From the NCBI GenBank assembly GCA_049678185.1, contig JBAUDS010000371.1, forward strand, positions 2,466 through 66,465: a DNA stretch of 64,000 nt, given 5' to 3'. Shown in pieces: positions 21,110 to 32,135 of this stretch; positions within the stretch are counted from its first letter, which is position 1, and each line of letters starts with the position of its first letter. Source of the DNA: Thermoanaerobaculia bacterium. Lineage in GTDB: Bacteria; Acidobacteriota; Thermoanaerobaculia; Multivoradales; JAHEKO01. Below the pieces are notes generated by a model that saw only the letters and a program-made list of their open reading frames with translations, was not told the DNA's origin and did not search any database. The position numbers were made by a program, and so were the translations under genes.

Positions 21110-21368
21110 ATCAGACGACACCCGCGGGTCGCCCCGGGCAGAGCCGGGGCGACCTTGTCTTACCGAACAGGGACCAGCGAGTTTTCCTGCGGCAAGGAGA
21201 ATCGTCTCGTCTGGGTGAAGCGAGCAAGGGGGTGACTCGAACCGTCGAGTACGACCCCCTACCAGCTCATCGCCAAAATGAGCAGCTCACGGCCCAAAAA
21301 GCGCGACCCATCGCCAAATTGACATCGGCTCCAGGGGTAGGAGCTGCCCCGCCGGGCTGACCACTCGA

Positions 21369-21443
21369 CTTGAAGGCCTCCAAGCAACCCACACCGAAGT
21401 GCACAGCTTGGGCCTTGAAGAGCGATTTCCTGTTCGATTCTCG
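21369..21443. repeat. Copy B of the approximately 75 bp direct repeat
   Basis: ttgaaggcctccaagcaacccacaccgaagtgcacagcttgggccttgaagagcgatttcctgttcgattc. Confidence 0.7.
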
Positions 21444-21576
21444 GCACCTTTCCCAGATTCAGACGCTGCGATTGAAACGTTTTCGCGCGCTGATCGTCTG
21501 GTAATTAGTAGCGAGGGACTACTCGTCCAAGACGACGCGCTGATCGACTTGTTCATGGGTCATTCCGGAGGTCACA

Positions 21577-23346
21577 ATGATGCCGCATTGCTGGTCACGT
21601 CAACCCGCCACAAGCAATTTGAACGGACACTCTGCCCCGGCTTCCACCCGCGCTGCTGCGCAGACCTTTGCCGGTCTCGGGCCGGCTCGATTCCGGCAAA
21701 GCGGATCAACATGGAGAGCCGCATCACTTGTGCTGCTCGCCCTGATCACAACTGCCCCGCTCCAAGCCGAAAACGAGGAGCAACTCGTCCCGCGGGCGCT
21801 CCTTGTCGAGGATGCGCGGCAGCTTCTGGATACCCTCGAGGAAGCCCACCCAGATCCGTACCTGGCCGGTGGTGGTCGAATCGCCTTTCATCGGCGCTTC
21901 CACAAGATGCTGGCCGCGATCCCCGCACAGGGCCTCCCGACCGACGAGTACTTTCGGCTCCTGCAACCGTTCGTCGCCTCGATCGGAGACTCCCACACTG
22001 GGATTCGTATGCAGAGCGGATCTCTGGACCCGCTATTCCTTCCTCTGGCGATGAGGTCCGTCGAGCACGAGTTGGTAGTAGAAAAGGTTGCAGACTCGAA
22101 GCTCGAGTCCCTACTGGGTGCGCGATTGGTGAGTATCGAAGGCGTCTCGCTGCCGGAGCTGTTGAGCCGCCAAAGCGCGACTCGAGGAATGGAGAACCTT
22201 TACGGCCACCTGGTACTTCTCAACCTTCGTACCCTGGCTACCCGCCAGGGTCTGAAACAGCTGCTTCCGGAGTGGCGAGGCGGCGACACGATCCGGGTCG
22301 AACTGAGCAGGCGTACGGGCGACTTGCTGCCGACCGAGCTCAGACTGTTGGATGAGCCGCCCGTTGTCTGGGAGACCTTGCCGACCCGTGTCCACATGCC
22401 TTCCACCGCGGCCTCGGATGTGACCTTCGCCTTCCTCGACGCCGAGCGATCGACGGCGTTGCTCGTCATCTCCAACCTCATGCGGTACCGAGAGGCGTGC
22501 GAGTTGTGGTTCGCCGAAGGGCTTGCGCCGGCCGAAGAGATGACCAAGGAGGCGTACGAGCACTTTCACGGCACACCTGTGCCCGACGACCGGGAGGAGC
22601 TACTTGCCGGGATCCCGTCGGCAACCGAGGCTATCGCCGACCTCATGCGTCAGATGGCAGCCGCCGGCACCCGCAATCTGATCGTCGATCTCAGGGGCAA
22701 CACCGGTGGCAACTCGGCCCTGCGGGAGATCCTCGTTTACCTGCTCTATGGCGACACCGCGATGCACTCGCTCGACAACGGCTACCAGATCGTCAAGCTA
22801 TCGAGGCTCCTGTTCGAACAGTACGATGGGTACTCTCTCGAGCAGGCGAACCAAGGCCAGCCGTTCCAGTTGCTGTCCACTGACTATGATTTTCGTGATG
22901 AGGTCTCTTACCGGCAGCCGCATGTCGCCGGTGAGGATTCTGGCAGCCCGTACCTGGCAGGCTCGCCGTCGTTCTGGAACGTGTACCAGACCGAGGAGTT
23001 TCACGAGGCGGGGCGGGGGCCGAGCCAGGTGCTGGTTTTGAGCTCTCCCTCTACTTTCAGCTCAGGCTTCAATGTCTTGACGGGGCTCCACGCGATGGGC
23101 GCGCGCGTCGTCGGCACGCCATCGGCTCAGCCAGGCAATAACTTCGGTGACGTGCTCCAATTTCAACTCAAGAACACCGGCCTCGAGGCATTCGTCTCGC
23201 ACAAACGCAACATCACCTTCCCGGACGACCCTGAAAAGGGCCGCTGCCTGCAACCCCACTACCCAATCACTCTGGAGAAGTTCGCAATCTATGATTTCGA
23301 CCCCAACGCCGAGATTCTCCTGGCTCTGGAGATCCTGAGCGGATGA
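21577..23346 (+). CDS. S41-family peptidase (C-terminal processing / tail-specific protease-like)
   Basis: IVDLRGNTGGNSALREIL motif typical of S41. GGAGG Shine-Dalgarno 7 nt upstream of the ATG. The N-terminal leader is unusually long before the hydrophobic segment. Confidence 0.6.
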   Translation: MMPHCWSRQPATSNLNGHSAPASTRAAAQTFAGLGPARFRQSGSTWRAASLVLLALITTAPLQAENEEQLVPRALLVEDARQLLDTLEEAHPDPYLAGGGRIAFHRRFHKMLAAIPAQGLPTDEYFRLLQPFVASIGDSHTGIRMQSGSLDPLFLPLAMRSVEHELVVEKVADSKLESLLGARLVSIEGVSLPELLSRQSATRGMENLYGHLVLLNLRTLATRQGLKQLLPEWRGGDTIRVELSRRTGDLLPTELRLLDEPPVVWETLPTRVHMPSTAASDVTFAFLDAERSTALLVISNLMRYREACELWFAEGLAPAEEMTKEAYEHFHGTPVPDDREELLAGIPSATEAIADLMRQMAAAGTRNLIVDLRGNTGGNSALREILVYLLYGDTAMHSLDNGYQIVKLSRLLFEQYDGYSLEQANQGQPFQLLSTDYDFRDEVSYRQPHVAGEDSGSPYLAGSPSFWNVYQTEEFHEAGRGPSQVLVLSSPSTFSSGFNVLTGLHAMGARVVGTPSAQPGNNFGDVLQFQLKNTGLEAFVSHKRNITFPDDPEKGRCLQPHYPITLEKFAIYDFDPNAEILLALEILSG

Positions 23347-23454
23347 CAGCGGGAGGTGGCGGGGACTATGTCTGGGTCCGGTTCCCCGACGATTGGCAAG
23401 AGCAGGTGCCCGCCGAGTGCCGGGGTCCCTCGTCTTCGCAGCGCTCGTGCGGTG

Positions 23455-23937
23455 CTACTGCCCGAAGCGATTGTCTACCAGTGGTGAGACAGCCCCTTTC
23501 GGGACATGGCAAGTGATGCAGATGTAACGCGCACCCACCACCTGGTCGCCCACGGTCTCGGGGGCGAGACGCAGGTCGGTCAGGTGGCTTTGAGGAATCG
23601 GCGTCGGCTCCCCCTCCACTTTCTCCGCTCCCGTCTCCGGCTCGTGGCAGTCCAGGCAAAGGTGCTCCTGGCGCGTTATGGGCAAGAAGTCGGCAATGCC
23701 GTGGGGAATGACGGGTGGCGAGCCGTCGAAGAACCGGGGCAAGACCGGCTGATCCCCTGGGTCACCACCGGCGGCGGGCATCGGGTCGGGGCTCGGCACG
23801 TCGAAGACGCTGGTCTTGCTGAGCCCGATCTCGGTATCGGGCGTCGACGGCGATGTCTTCTCCTCGGCCGCCAGGTAGGTGACGGGCGCAAGGACCAAGA
23901 GGGCAAGGACTAGGCTTTGTAGATTTTGACCGCGCAT
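23455..23937 (-). CDS. napB: Periplasmic nitrate reductase diheme cytochrome c subunit NapB
   Basis: Two CxxCH motifs (CLDCH, CITCH). Signal peptide from the internal Met ([17 protein letters not shown]). Immediately downstream of napA. Confidence 0.8.
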   Translation of the reverse strand: MRGQNLQSLVLALLVLAPVTYLAAEEKTSPSTPDTEIGLSKTSVFDVPSPDPMPAAGGDPGDQPVLPRFFDGSPPVIPHGIADFLPITRQEHLCLDCHEPETGAEKVEGEPTPIPQSHLTDLRLAPETVGDQVVGARYICITCHVPKGAVSPLVDNRFGQ

Positions 23938-26717
23938 TTTTTGAAATCCGTTTGCTTGGAAATGGGGCAGGTGGCGTCCAGCGTCACCTTGTTGATGAAG
24001 ACTCCTTCGTCGAACCACGGCACAAAGACCAAGCCCCGGGGAACCCGGTCACGGCCATCGGTCTCGACCCGCGCCTGGATCTTGCCGCGACGGGACTCGA
24101 TCCAGGCCAGGTCGTTTCGTCGCAGTGAACGGGCCTCGGCGTCGCGTGGGTGGATGAAGATCTGGGCGGTTGGCATCGCCTGGTGGAGCTGGGGCACCCG
24201 GCGGGTCATCGAGCCCGAATGCCAGTGTTCGAGAACCCGGCCGGTACACAGCCACAGGTCGTAGACCTCATCGGGGCTCTCGGGCGGAGCGGCGTAGGGT
24301 CGGTAGAAGATCTTCGCCCGGCCGGCCAACGAGGTCGTCTCGGACTCGGTGACACCGTTCAGATCACCCTTGGGCAGGCTCTTCATCGCCGGGCCGTAGA
24401 AGTCGAAGGCGCTGCCTTTCTTGGCGTAGGGATCGTAGCGCTCATTGAACCGCCATGGGGTCTCCTTGCCGTCGACCACCGGCCAACGCAAACCCCTGAC
24501 GTCGTCTCGGTAATAGACGTCGAAGTCGGCCAGATCGTGGGCATGGTCACGACCAAACAGCACGTACTCCTGGAAGAGGGCCTTTTCGGGAAACCAATCG
24601 AGGCCGCCGTGTTCCACGGTGTGGTTCTCATGACCTTTGGCCACCGGGTCGGGCCAGGCCATCTGGCGGCTTGTCGGGGTGTCAAAAAGCACCTCGTAGA
24701 GAGAGGTCTCGGGCGAGTAGCCGAGTTCTTTGGCCTCCACGAGGACATCGGGTAGAAAACCGTCTTCGAAGCCTGCCGCGGCGAGACCCGGAATCGGCCC
24801 GCGGCCCCACACCTCCTCGAGCTTGAAGCGCTTGGAGAACTCCAGGATTTGCCAGACATCGCTGCGGGCGTCGCCGGGGGGTGGCACCTGCTCGCGCCAG
24901 GCCTGGGTGCGACGCTCCGAGTTGCCGTAGGCCCCCCACTTCTCGAAAATCATCGCCGAGGGCAAGATGAGGTCGGCTACCTTGCACGACAGGGTCGGAT
25001 AGACATCCGAGACCACGATGAAGTTGTCTTTCTCCCGAGCGGCTTCAATCCAGTGGTTGGCGTTGGCGGTGGCCTGGAAGGGATTGGTCACCTGCACCCA
25101 CAGCCATTTGAGCGAACCGTCCTCGAGGTCCCGCATCATCTTGGTGATGTGACTCCCTACCTTGGGGTTGAGGGTCTTGGCCGGGAGCTTCCACACCTCT
25201 TCGCAGCGCTCGCGGTGCTTGGGATTGGCCACCACCATGTCGGCCGGCAGGCGGTGGGCAAAGGTGCCCACCTCCCGTGCCGTGCCGCAGGCCGACGGTT
25301 GACCGGTGAGAGAGAAGGCGCCGTTGCCCGGCTTGGCCTGCTTGCCGGTCAAGAGATGGACCATGTAGGCCTGCTCGTTGACCCAGGTGCCGCGGGTGTG
25401 CTGGTTGAAACCCATGGTCCAGAAGGAGACCATCTTGCGGCCGCGGTTGGCGTAGTAGTCGGCCAGCTGTCGGAGCTTGGCCTTGTACTCCTCCAGCGGC
25501 TCGTCCGGATCGCCTTTGGAGACCTCGGCTACGAAGTCCAGGGTGTAGGGCTCGAGAGCCCTTTTGAAGTCCTCGAAACTGATCAGCCAGTGCTTGCCGG
25601 CGGTCGCGGCGTTGGCCTGCGGCACGCGGTGGGTTTGACTCGGATCTTTGCCCTGGGCGATGGCCTCCTCGCGGGTGAGCGTCACCTGTCGCTCTCGGTC
25701 CTGGGTTGGCTTTTCGCTGTCGAAGGCGTAGGCGTCGGTGGACCGCATGCCGAAGCCGATGTCGTTGGGTCCGGTGGCAAAAACACAGTGCTTGTCGATG
25801 AACTCCTTGTCGACAGCGCCGCGGGCGACGATCTCGCGGGCGATGTAGTTCAAGATGGCGAGATCGGTCTGGGGCTTGAAGACGATCTCGTGGTCGGAGA
25901 GATCCGAGGAGCGATTGTGGAAGGTGGTGAGGTTGACCACCCGATAGTCGGGGTCGGCGAGACGCTTGTCGATCACCCGCGCCCACAACATCGGGTGCAT
26001 CTCCGCCATGTTGGAGCCCCACAGCACCACCGTGTCGGTGAGCTCGATATCGTCGTAGCAGCCCGCCGGCTCGTCGATGCCAAAGGTCTGGATAAAGGCG
26101 GCGACCGCCGAGGCCATACAGTGACGTGCATTCGGATCGATGTTGTTCGAGCGCCAGCCGGCCTTGACCAGCTTCACGGCGGCGTAACCTTCCTGGACGG
26201 TGTACTGACCCGAGCCCATGATCCCGACCCCGGTGGGCCCCAGCTCGCCGTGGACACGCTTGAACTGCCGCTCCATCTCGTCGAAGGCCTGCTCCCAGCT
26301 GACGGGGACGAAGTCGCCTCGCTTCTCGAACTTGCCTTCCTTCATCCGCATCAACGGCCGCGTCAGTCGATCTTCACCGTAGAGAATCTGGGCGTTGGCG
26401 TAACCTTTGACACAGAGCAATCCGCGGTTGACCGTGTTCTCGCGGTCGCCCTGGATGGCCACGACCTTTCCCTCGTGGGTGGCGATGCGGATGCCGCAGC
26501 CAACGCCGCAAAAGCGACACACCCCCTTGTCCCAACGCCAGTCGTCCTCCTGTCCGTAGGCGGCCACCGGCAGTCCTGCCGTTGCTGCCGCAGCGGCGGC
26601 AACGCTGGCCTTGATGAAGTCGCGTCGCGACAGCCCTGAGATTCCATTCATCGAATTTGCTCTCCTACTCGGTATCCACTCCGGTAGCTTCCAACTCTTC
26701 GAAACGATGCTCGACAA
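23910..26717 (-). CDS. napA: Periplasmic nitrate reductase catalytic subunit NapA (molybdopterin, 4Fe-4S, Tat signal)
   Basis: Twin-arginine [16 protein letters not shown] cluster motif. Near full-length collinear similarity to NapA. Confidence 0.95.
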   Translation of the reverse strand: MSSIVSKSWKLPEWIPSRRANSMNGISGLSRRDFIKASVAAAAAATAGLPVAAYGQEDDWRWDKGVCRFCGVGCGIRIATHEGKVVAIQGDRENTVNRGLLCVKGYANAQILYGEDRLTRPLMRMKEGKFEKRGDFVPVSWEQAFDEMERQFKRVHGELGPTGVGIMGSGQYTVQEGYAAVKLVKAGWRSNNIDPNARHCMASAVAAFIQTFGIDEPAGCYDDIELTDTVVLWGSNMAEMHPMLWARVIDKRLADPDYRVVNLTTFHNRSSDLSDHEIVFKPQTDLAILNYIAREIVARGAVDKEFIDKHCVFATGPNDIGFGMRSTDAYAFDSEKPTQDRERQVTLTREEAIAQGKDPSQTHRVPQANAATAGKHWLISFEDFKRALEPYTLDFVAEVSKGDPDEPLEEYKAKLRQLADYYANRGRKMVSFWTMGFNQHTRGTWVNEQAYMVHLLTGKQAKPGNGAFSLTGQPSACGTAREVGTFAHRLPADMVVANPKHRERCEEVWKLPAKTLNPKVGSHITKMMRDLEDGSLKWLWVQVTNPFQATANANHWIEAAREKDNFIVVSDVYPTLSCKVADLILPSAMIFEKWGAYGNSERRTQAWREQVPPPGDARSDVWQILEFSKRFKLEEVWGRGPIPGLAAAGFEDGFLPDVLVEAKELGYSPETSLYEVLFDTPTSRQMAWPDPVAKGHENHTVEHGGLDWFPEKALFQEYVLFGRDHAHDLADFDVYYRDDVRGLRWPVVDGKETPWRFNERYDPYAKKGSAFDFYGPAMKSLPKGDLNGVTESETTSLAGRAKIFYRPYAAPPESPDEVYDLWLCTGRVLEHWHSGSMTRRVPQLHQAMPTAQIFIHPRDAEARSLRRNDLAWIESRRGKIQARVETDGRDRVPRGLVFVPWFDEGVFINKVTLDATCPISKQTDFKKCAVKIYKA

Positions 26718-26955
26718 GGGCTGCCGCCAGCACCCCGGGTACCCGTTCGAGGCGCCTTAGACCCTCCTGTTGCTCCTCCAGGGTCTCGGTCTCGAGCACG
26801 GCAACGATCCGCCCGCCTGTCGCATCCAGATAGTGGACCTCCACCCCGGGGAGGGCTTCGACCCGCCGAGAGGTGTCGGCCAGATCCTGCGGGTGAGCGG
26901 TGACCAGGATGCCAGAAAAGTGCATGCTCAGTGTTTCCAGCTGAACTGGATCCAA
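26665..26955 (-). CDS. napD: NapD chaperone
   Basis: About 90 aa, directly upstream of and overlapping napA, with NapD-like motifs ([20 protein letters not shown]). Confidence 0.75.
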   Translation of the reverse strand: MDPVQLETLSMHFSGILVTAHPQDLADTSRRVEALPGVEVHYLDATGGRIVAVLETETLEEQQEGLRRLERVPGVLAAALVEHRFEELEATGVDTE

Positions 26956-28322
26956 CCCCAGCTGCCGTTGTCGTCCACGCTGAGGATCTCTCTGGCGGCG
27001 CTGCCGCCATTGAAGAAGGCGAGGCCAGCCCCCAGCCCCAGCCCGTGTTTGAACGACCAGTTGGCCTCGATGTCGATCTCATTGCCCAGCGAGTTGGACG
27101 AGAACGAACTGCCATCGGCCGGCCGACGGACCAAGTAGCCGAGACGTTGCTCGTCGAAGGCACCCGAGCCGCCGTACCAGGCGTCCCGTCTGTCGTCGAG
27201 CGCAAAGGTGTGGAGTCCAACGCGGATATTCGTTTTGGCCCCCGGCTTCAGCAGCACCAGGGCATAGATGTCCTGCAGGTTCGAGAACGCACTGAAATCG
27301 ATTGAGCCGTAAAACTTGTGATTCGTTGGCAGCAGATTGAAAAACGAGGAATGACTGCCGGCCGCCGCGTCGCCGCCCGAGGCCTGCGCGATTCCCAGCC
27401 GGAAGCCAGGGGAGGCGATGGCATCCGGAAACATGTAGCCACCCTCGACGATAAACGCCCAGCCCTCCTGATCGACCGGTCCCCAGTCGCCACGCTGGAA
27501 CGCAGTCCACAACATCAGATCGCGGCGCTCGTTGCCCAGCAGCAGGCTCGCCCCGAGGGTGGTGATCTTGATCTCGCCACCGGCGGCCGCCACCGCGCCT
27601 GGCCGACCGTCGTCGTAGAGCAGGCCAAACAGCTGCAACTCGGCCCCGGAGATCCATTTGCCGTAGCGACCGGTGAGCGTCAGACCGTAGACATCGAGAT
27701 CACCCAGCTGCTCGAACGCGTCGTTGTAATTGACCCCGCCAGCCAGGGGCCGCAGGGCGAAACCGGCGAGATCGGAGCTGCCAAAGTCGACGCCGAAGCT
27801 GAGTCCATCGTAGCGGCGTCCGACGTTGACCCAGTCCCAGTTGCCCACCAAGCGTTCGCTCAAACGGGTTCTTTTGACCTGATCGAGATGCGGAACACCG
27901 GTCAGAATCTCCAGACCACCCTTCCAGCCCTGGCGACCGAGGATCATGCGAAAGCGCTCGGATCGATAGCCGACACTTGCCTCGGCGACCCCCACCTGGC
28001 TGGGATCGGTGTCGCCGTCGTTGGCATCAACGTACACCTTGCCGATACCAAAGGCACCGTCTTCGGGCAGATCGAAGGCGGCGGCTCCCTGTAGAACGCC
28101 GTGGAGGGTCCAGTGTTCCCAGTCGAGATCGAGCCCCACCCGAGCCCGTAGCTTCAAGTAGTCGAATTCGCTTTCCAGGTCCGCATTGCCGGAGGGCGAG
28201 CCCCAGGTCTCCCAACGTACACGGACGTCGATGGGCACGTCGATCTCCGGTCCGGCAGCAAGAGTCGACCCGCTTAGAACCAGGACGAGGCAAGTCGCGG
28301 CGAGCAGAATCCTGGTTGTCAT
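26928..28322 (-). CDS. Outer-membrane beta-barrel porin (alginate-export/AlgE-like family)
   Basis: Signal peptide, alternating amphipathic beta-strand pattern, C-terminal aromatic residues (FSWKH). Confidence 0.65.
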   Translation of the reverse strand: MTTRILLAATCLVLVLSGSTLAAGPEIDVPIDVRVRWETWGSPSGNADLESEFDYLKLRARVGLDLDWEHWTLHGVLQGAAAFDLPEDGAFGIGKVYVDANDGDTDPSQVGVAEASVGYRSERFRMILGRQGWKGGLEILTGVPHLDQVKRTRLSERLVGNWDWVNVGRRYDGLSFGVDFGSSDLAGFALRPLAGGVNYNDAFEQLGDLDVYGLTLTGRYGKWISGAELQLFGLLYDDGRPGAVAAAGGEIKITTLGASLLLGNERRDLMLWTAFQRGDWGPVDQEGWAFIVEGGYMFPDAIASPGFRLGIAQASGGDAAAGSHSSFFNLLPTNHKFYGSIDFSAFSNLQDIYALVLLKPGAKTNIRVGLHTFALDDRRDAWYGGSGAFDEQRLGYLVRRPADGSSFSSNSLGNEIDIEANWSFKHGLGLGAGLAFFNGGSAAREILSVDDNGSWGWIQFSWKH

Positions 28323-28478
28323 GCGAAAGGCTTCTCCTGTCTCTGGCGCTTGGTGGTTGGCCCGATCTTCTAGTCAGCGGATACGGTGTGTCAACTCGCG
28401 GCCCGAGGGCAATACGAGATGGGGTAGGGGGCGACTGCCCTCAGCGGGTACAATCGCGTTCCTAAGGAGGAGTATCCG

Positions 28479-28802
28479 ATGACTGAAAAGCGAGGCATCC
28501 CGAATACCTATCTTCGCTTCCGCGAGAGCTACCCCGAGGTGGCCGCCCACTACGAGGCCCTGGGCAAGAGCCTGTCCCAGCTCGGTGCCCTGGACTCGAA
28601 GACGGCCGCGTTGGTGAAGTTGGCGTTGGCGGTGGCCCAACAACGTGAGGGAGGGGTCCATTCGGCGGCGCGCAAGGGGCTCGAGGCCGGGCTCGTGGCC
28701 GACGAGATGAAGCAGGTGGCTTTGATGGCTATCACCACCATTGGTTTCTCATCGGCGATGGCAGCTTTTACGTGGGTGGAGGACATCGTCGACGGGGAGT
28801 GA
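28479..28802 (+). CDS. Carboxymuconolactone decarboxylase (AhpD-like) family protein
   Basis: CMD-family length and helix pattern. Weakly recognised. Confidence 0.5.
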   Translation: MTEKRGIPNTYLRFRESYPEVAAHYEALGKSLSQLGALDSKTAALVKLALAVAQQREGGVHSAARKGLEAGLVADEMKQVALMAITTIGFSSAMAAFTWVEDIVDGE

Positions 28803-28897
28803 GTCGGCCGGAACAAGGGCGTCCACCACCCACCCCGGCCGGCACGGAGGAGGCCGGCCGCTTCGTTCGCGCACGAAGTAGGGCAGGCAGCTCTCCC

Positions 28898-29644
28898 CTA
28901 CTGCAGGGAGAAGCTGATCGTCAGGTTGAAGAAGACGGGGACCGGCACCCCGTTGCGGGTGGCCGGCTTGAACTTCCACTTGCCGGCGGCTTCCACCGCC
29001 GTGTCGGACAGTCCCATCGGCAGTCCCTTGAGCACTTTGACGTTGGTGACGTTGCCCATGGCGTCGATGATCGCCTCGAGGATCACGATCCCCTGGATCC
29101 GGCCCTTGCGGGCATCCTCGGTGTAGGGAGGTGATGGGGCAAAGACTCGCTTTGGGGGTAACACGTCTCCCCCCACATTCATCGGTCCTGCTCCGGCACC
29201 GCCGAAGTCGTTGGCAGCCGGTCCCTCCGGAATTCCGAAGACCACGTCGAGATCACTCACCTGGATGTCGGGAACCTCCACCTCCTCCACCCGGATCGGC
29301 TCGGGATCATCCGGCGTGGGATCGGGGACGGGAATGACCCTGGTCTTCTCCTTGTGCTTCTGGATCTGTTGTTGCCGTGCCGGTGGCGGCGGCTTGAAGC
29401 GGATCTGCTGAACCACGTAGACCGGCCGCTCCTGACCTGCCCAGGTCGGCCTGGCCGCCATCTCTGGGAGTTGTAGGACGAAGAAGGCAACGTGAAATAG
29501 GACCGCCACCGTCAGCGCGATGCGCAGAGCGGATCGGTCCTCCTCGGGTCGTGGCTCGAGCTGCGGCACGTGTCCCAGATGGACACGGACGATTTTTTCT
29601 GGTTTGCCGCTATATCGCTGCCAGCTCGAGCTCTTTTCAAACAT
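28898..29644 (-). CDS. TonB-family energy transducer
   Basis: N-terminal TM anchor, Pro-rich spacer, TonB C-terminal domain (GIVILEAIIDAMGNVTNVKVLKGL...). Start chosen at the internal Met MFEKSS. Confidence 0.75.
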   Translation of the reverse strand: MFEKSSSWQRYSGKPEKIVRVHLGHVPQLEPRPEEDRSALRIALTVAVLFHVAFFVLQLPEMAARPTWAGQERPVYVVQQIRFKPPPPARQQQIQKHKEKTRVIPVPDPTPDDPEPIRVEEVEVPDIQVSDLDVVFGIPEGPAANDFGGAGAGPMNVGGDVLPPKRVFAPSPPYTEDARKGRIQGIVILEAIIDAMGNVTNVKVLKGLPMGLSDTAVEAAGKWKFKPATRNGVPVPVFFNLTISFSLQ

Positions 29645-29779
29645 CTCTCGGGGCCTCTCGCAAGTTCTTACGTGAACAAACCGGCGAGGGTTTTTCTTCC
29701 CTACATCCTCGCGGCCGATTAGCGCGTATGGAACGGCAGGCGGGATCGGGCCGGCTTTGTCACCGCTATAGTAGAGAAG

Positions 29780-31643
29780 ATGAGTCAATCTCCACCTGAA
29801 GAAACGCGAAAGCTGGTTGTCGAGGACCCCCGGCTATTGGCCTATCTGCCGATGCTCTACGTGGCCTGGGCCGATGGCGACCTGTCGGCCGACGAGATCG
29901 GATCGATCTGCTCCAGGGTAACCAGAGCCCTCGACACGGAGGCCAGCTGCCGCGAGCTTCTCGGCCGTTGGCTCGACCCGGCTCAACCACCATCCGCCCA
30001 GGAGCTACAGAGCCTTCTAGTGACCATCCGTCGGGCCGCTCGCGCCCTGGATGCCGATCAGAAGCGGTCTCTCAGCGAGCTGGGGCTGGCGTTGGCCACC
30101 GGCGGCGGGCACCAACCGTCGGCCACCGAGCGGGAGGCCTTGGTGGAGATCGAGCAGGCCCTGGGCTTGATCGGACCGGGTGTGACACGGGGTCTCCTGG
30201 TCCCCGAGCGCCCATTACCCACCTCCATCGAGCCCGAGCCGGACTTCGATGTCAGCGCCCTGGCCCGACTCCTCGACGGGGGTCAACTCCAGCTCAGGCA
30301 GCGAATCAAGGAGATCCTGGGTAGACCCGCGTTCCGCTACGAATACGATCTGGACAGACCGGCCTACAGAGAACAAGTCCTCGCTCGCTGTCGTCTATTG
30401 GCCGCCGAAGGGCTCGGCTCGCTGAGTTTTCCACCGGCCTATGGAGGAGCCGGCGACGTCAGCGCCTTTGTCGCCGCCTTCGAGACCCTTGCTCTCCACG
30501 ATCTCAGTGTGATGACCAAGTTTGGAGTCCAGTTCGGTCTTTTTGGCGGCTCCATCCTGCAGCTCGGAAATTCGAATCATCACCAGTCCCTCCCGGCGGT
30601 TCTTCACCATGCTGGGAACCCTGGTGGGTGGTCGGGTTAGTGTCGCCCTGGCCGGGCTGAGCGCCAGCAAGTCGGCCCTGACCATCGCCGTGCGCTACGG
30701 CGCCCGCCGGCGCCAGTTTGGTCCGGGTGGCGAAGCCGAGACGGTGCTCCTGGACTACCTCACCCACCAGCGGCGGCTGCTACCACGCCTCGCCACCACC
30801 TACGCGCTCAACTTCGCCCTCCACCACCTGGTCGAGCAGTACGCGGCGTCGACCGACGACGACCGACGAGAGGTGGAAGCGATGGCCGCGGGTCTCAAGG
30901 CCTATGCCACCTGGCATGCCACCGACACCATCCAGACCTGTCGCGAGACCTGTGGCGGCCAGGGGTATCTGGCGGCAAACCGGTTCGCTGCGCTCAAGGC
31001 CGACAGCGACGTCTTCACCACTTTCGAGGGCGACAATACGGTTCTGATGCAGCTGGTGGCAAAAGGGCTGCTCACCGGCTATCGCCGTCAGTTCGGCGAG
31101 ATGAAGCTGCTTGGTCTGGTCCGCTTTCTGACCGCTCGGGCTGCCACTGCCGTCGCCGAGCTCAATCCCATCGTCACCCGGATGACCGACGACGACCATC
31201 TGCGCGATCGGGAGTTCCAGCTTGGCGCCATGCGCTGGCGAGAGGAGCATCTCCTGGGGACACTCGCCCGACGGCTCAAGAAGCGGATCGACGCCGGCCA
31301 GGATGCTTTCGAGGCCCTGATCGAAGTGCAGGACCACGCGGTGGAGCTGGCCCGAGCCCACACCGAACGGATCGTTTTGGAGCGCTTTGCCGAGGTCGTC
31401 GACAGCACAGCGGATGCGGACCTCGAGCGGACCCTGGGAACCCTCTGCGACCTTTACGCCCTCCATCGGATCGAGGCCGACCGGGGTTGGTTTCTCGAGC
31501 ACGGCTACCTGGAGGCGGGGAAGGCCAAGGCGATCCGCAAGCTGGTCAACCGGCTGTGTGGGGAGGTGCGACAGCAGGCGCTGCCCCTGGTCGATGCCTT
31601 CGACATCCCGGACGAGCTACTCGCCGCGCCGATCGCGATCTGA
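29780..31643 (+). pseudogene. Acyl-CoA oxidase-like gene with an N-terminal TerB/DjlA-N-like domain. The central beta-barrel domain is missing and the frame is shifted near 30540-30610.
   Basis: ORF 29780..30640 holds a TerB-like region plus the ACOX N-terminal helical domain (...FGLFGGSILQLG). ORF 30522..31643 in a different frame holds the ACOX C-terminal domains (FTMLGTLVGGRVSVA..., CGGQGY, FEGDNTVLM). About 150 aa of middle domain are absent. Confidence 0.6.
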
Positions 31644-31649
31644 GCTCAC

Positions 31650-32057
31650 CTAGACGTCGTCGAGAGTGATCGCCGGGGTGCGGTCACCAGCCAGGTAGCG
31701 TCCGACATCGACCATGTCGATGATCGCGGAGATGCCGTCAATGACGATGACGGCCGCCACCCACTTGCCAAAGGTGGATTCGGTGCCGATGTCACCGAGG
31801 CGGCTCCCCAGCCAGAGAACGAGCGGCAGCCACAGAATGTGGCCTATCCCCAGCAGGCGGACATAGCCCTTGACGGCAAAGATCGACATCTGGAGCGTGA
31901 CACCGGCGAGAAATGCCGCCAGGACCAGCTTGCCCTCGAGGGTGTCGAGAAAGAAGACCGCCGCAATGTTGACGGCGCCCAGCAGTGCGATCCACAACCG
32001 CCAGGGTTTGCGCAATGTGGCAAGGCCCTCGAAGAACCCGCGTACGACCTTCAGCAT
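31650..32057 (-). CDS. Hypothetical membrane protein, 135 aa
   Basis: Four hydrophobic helices. No family recognised. Confidence 0.4.
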   Translation of the reverse strand: MLKVVRGFFEGLATLRKPWRLWIALLGAVNIAAVFFLDTLEGKLVLAAFLAGVTLQMSIFAVKGYVRLLGIGHILWLPLVLWLGSRLGDIGTESTFGKWVAAVIVIDGISAIIDMVDVGRYLAGDRTPAITLDDV

Positions 32058-32135
32058 CTGCAGTCCTCCTCTTTCTCCCTCGGTGGGAGTCCCTCCTTAT
32101 ACGGAGACACCCCGCGATCGGCTCGGTGAGGAGAT

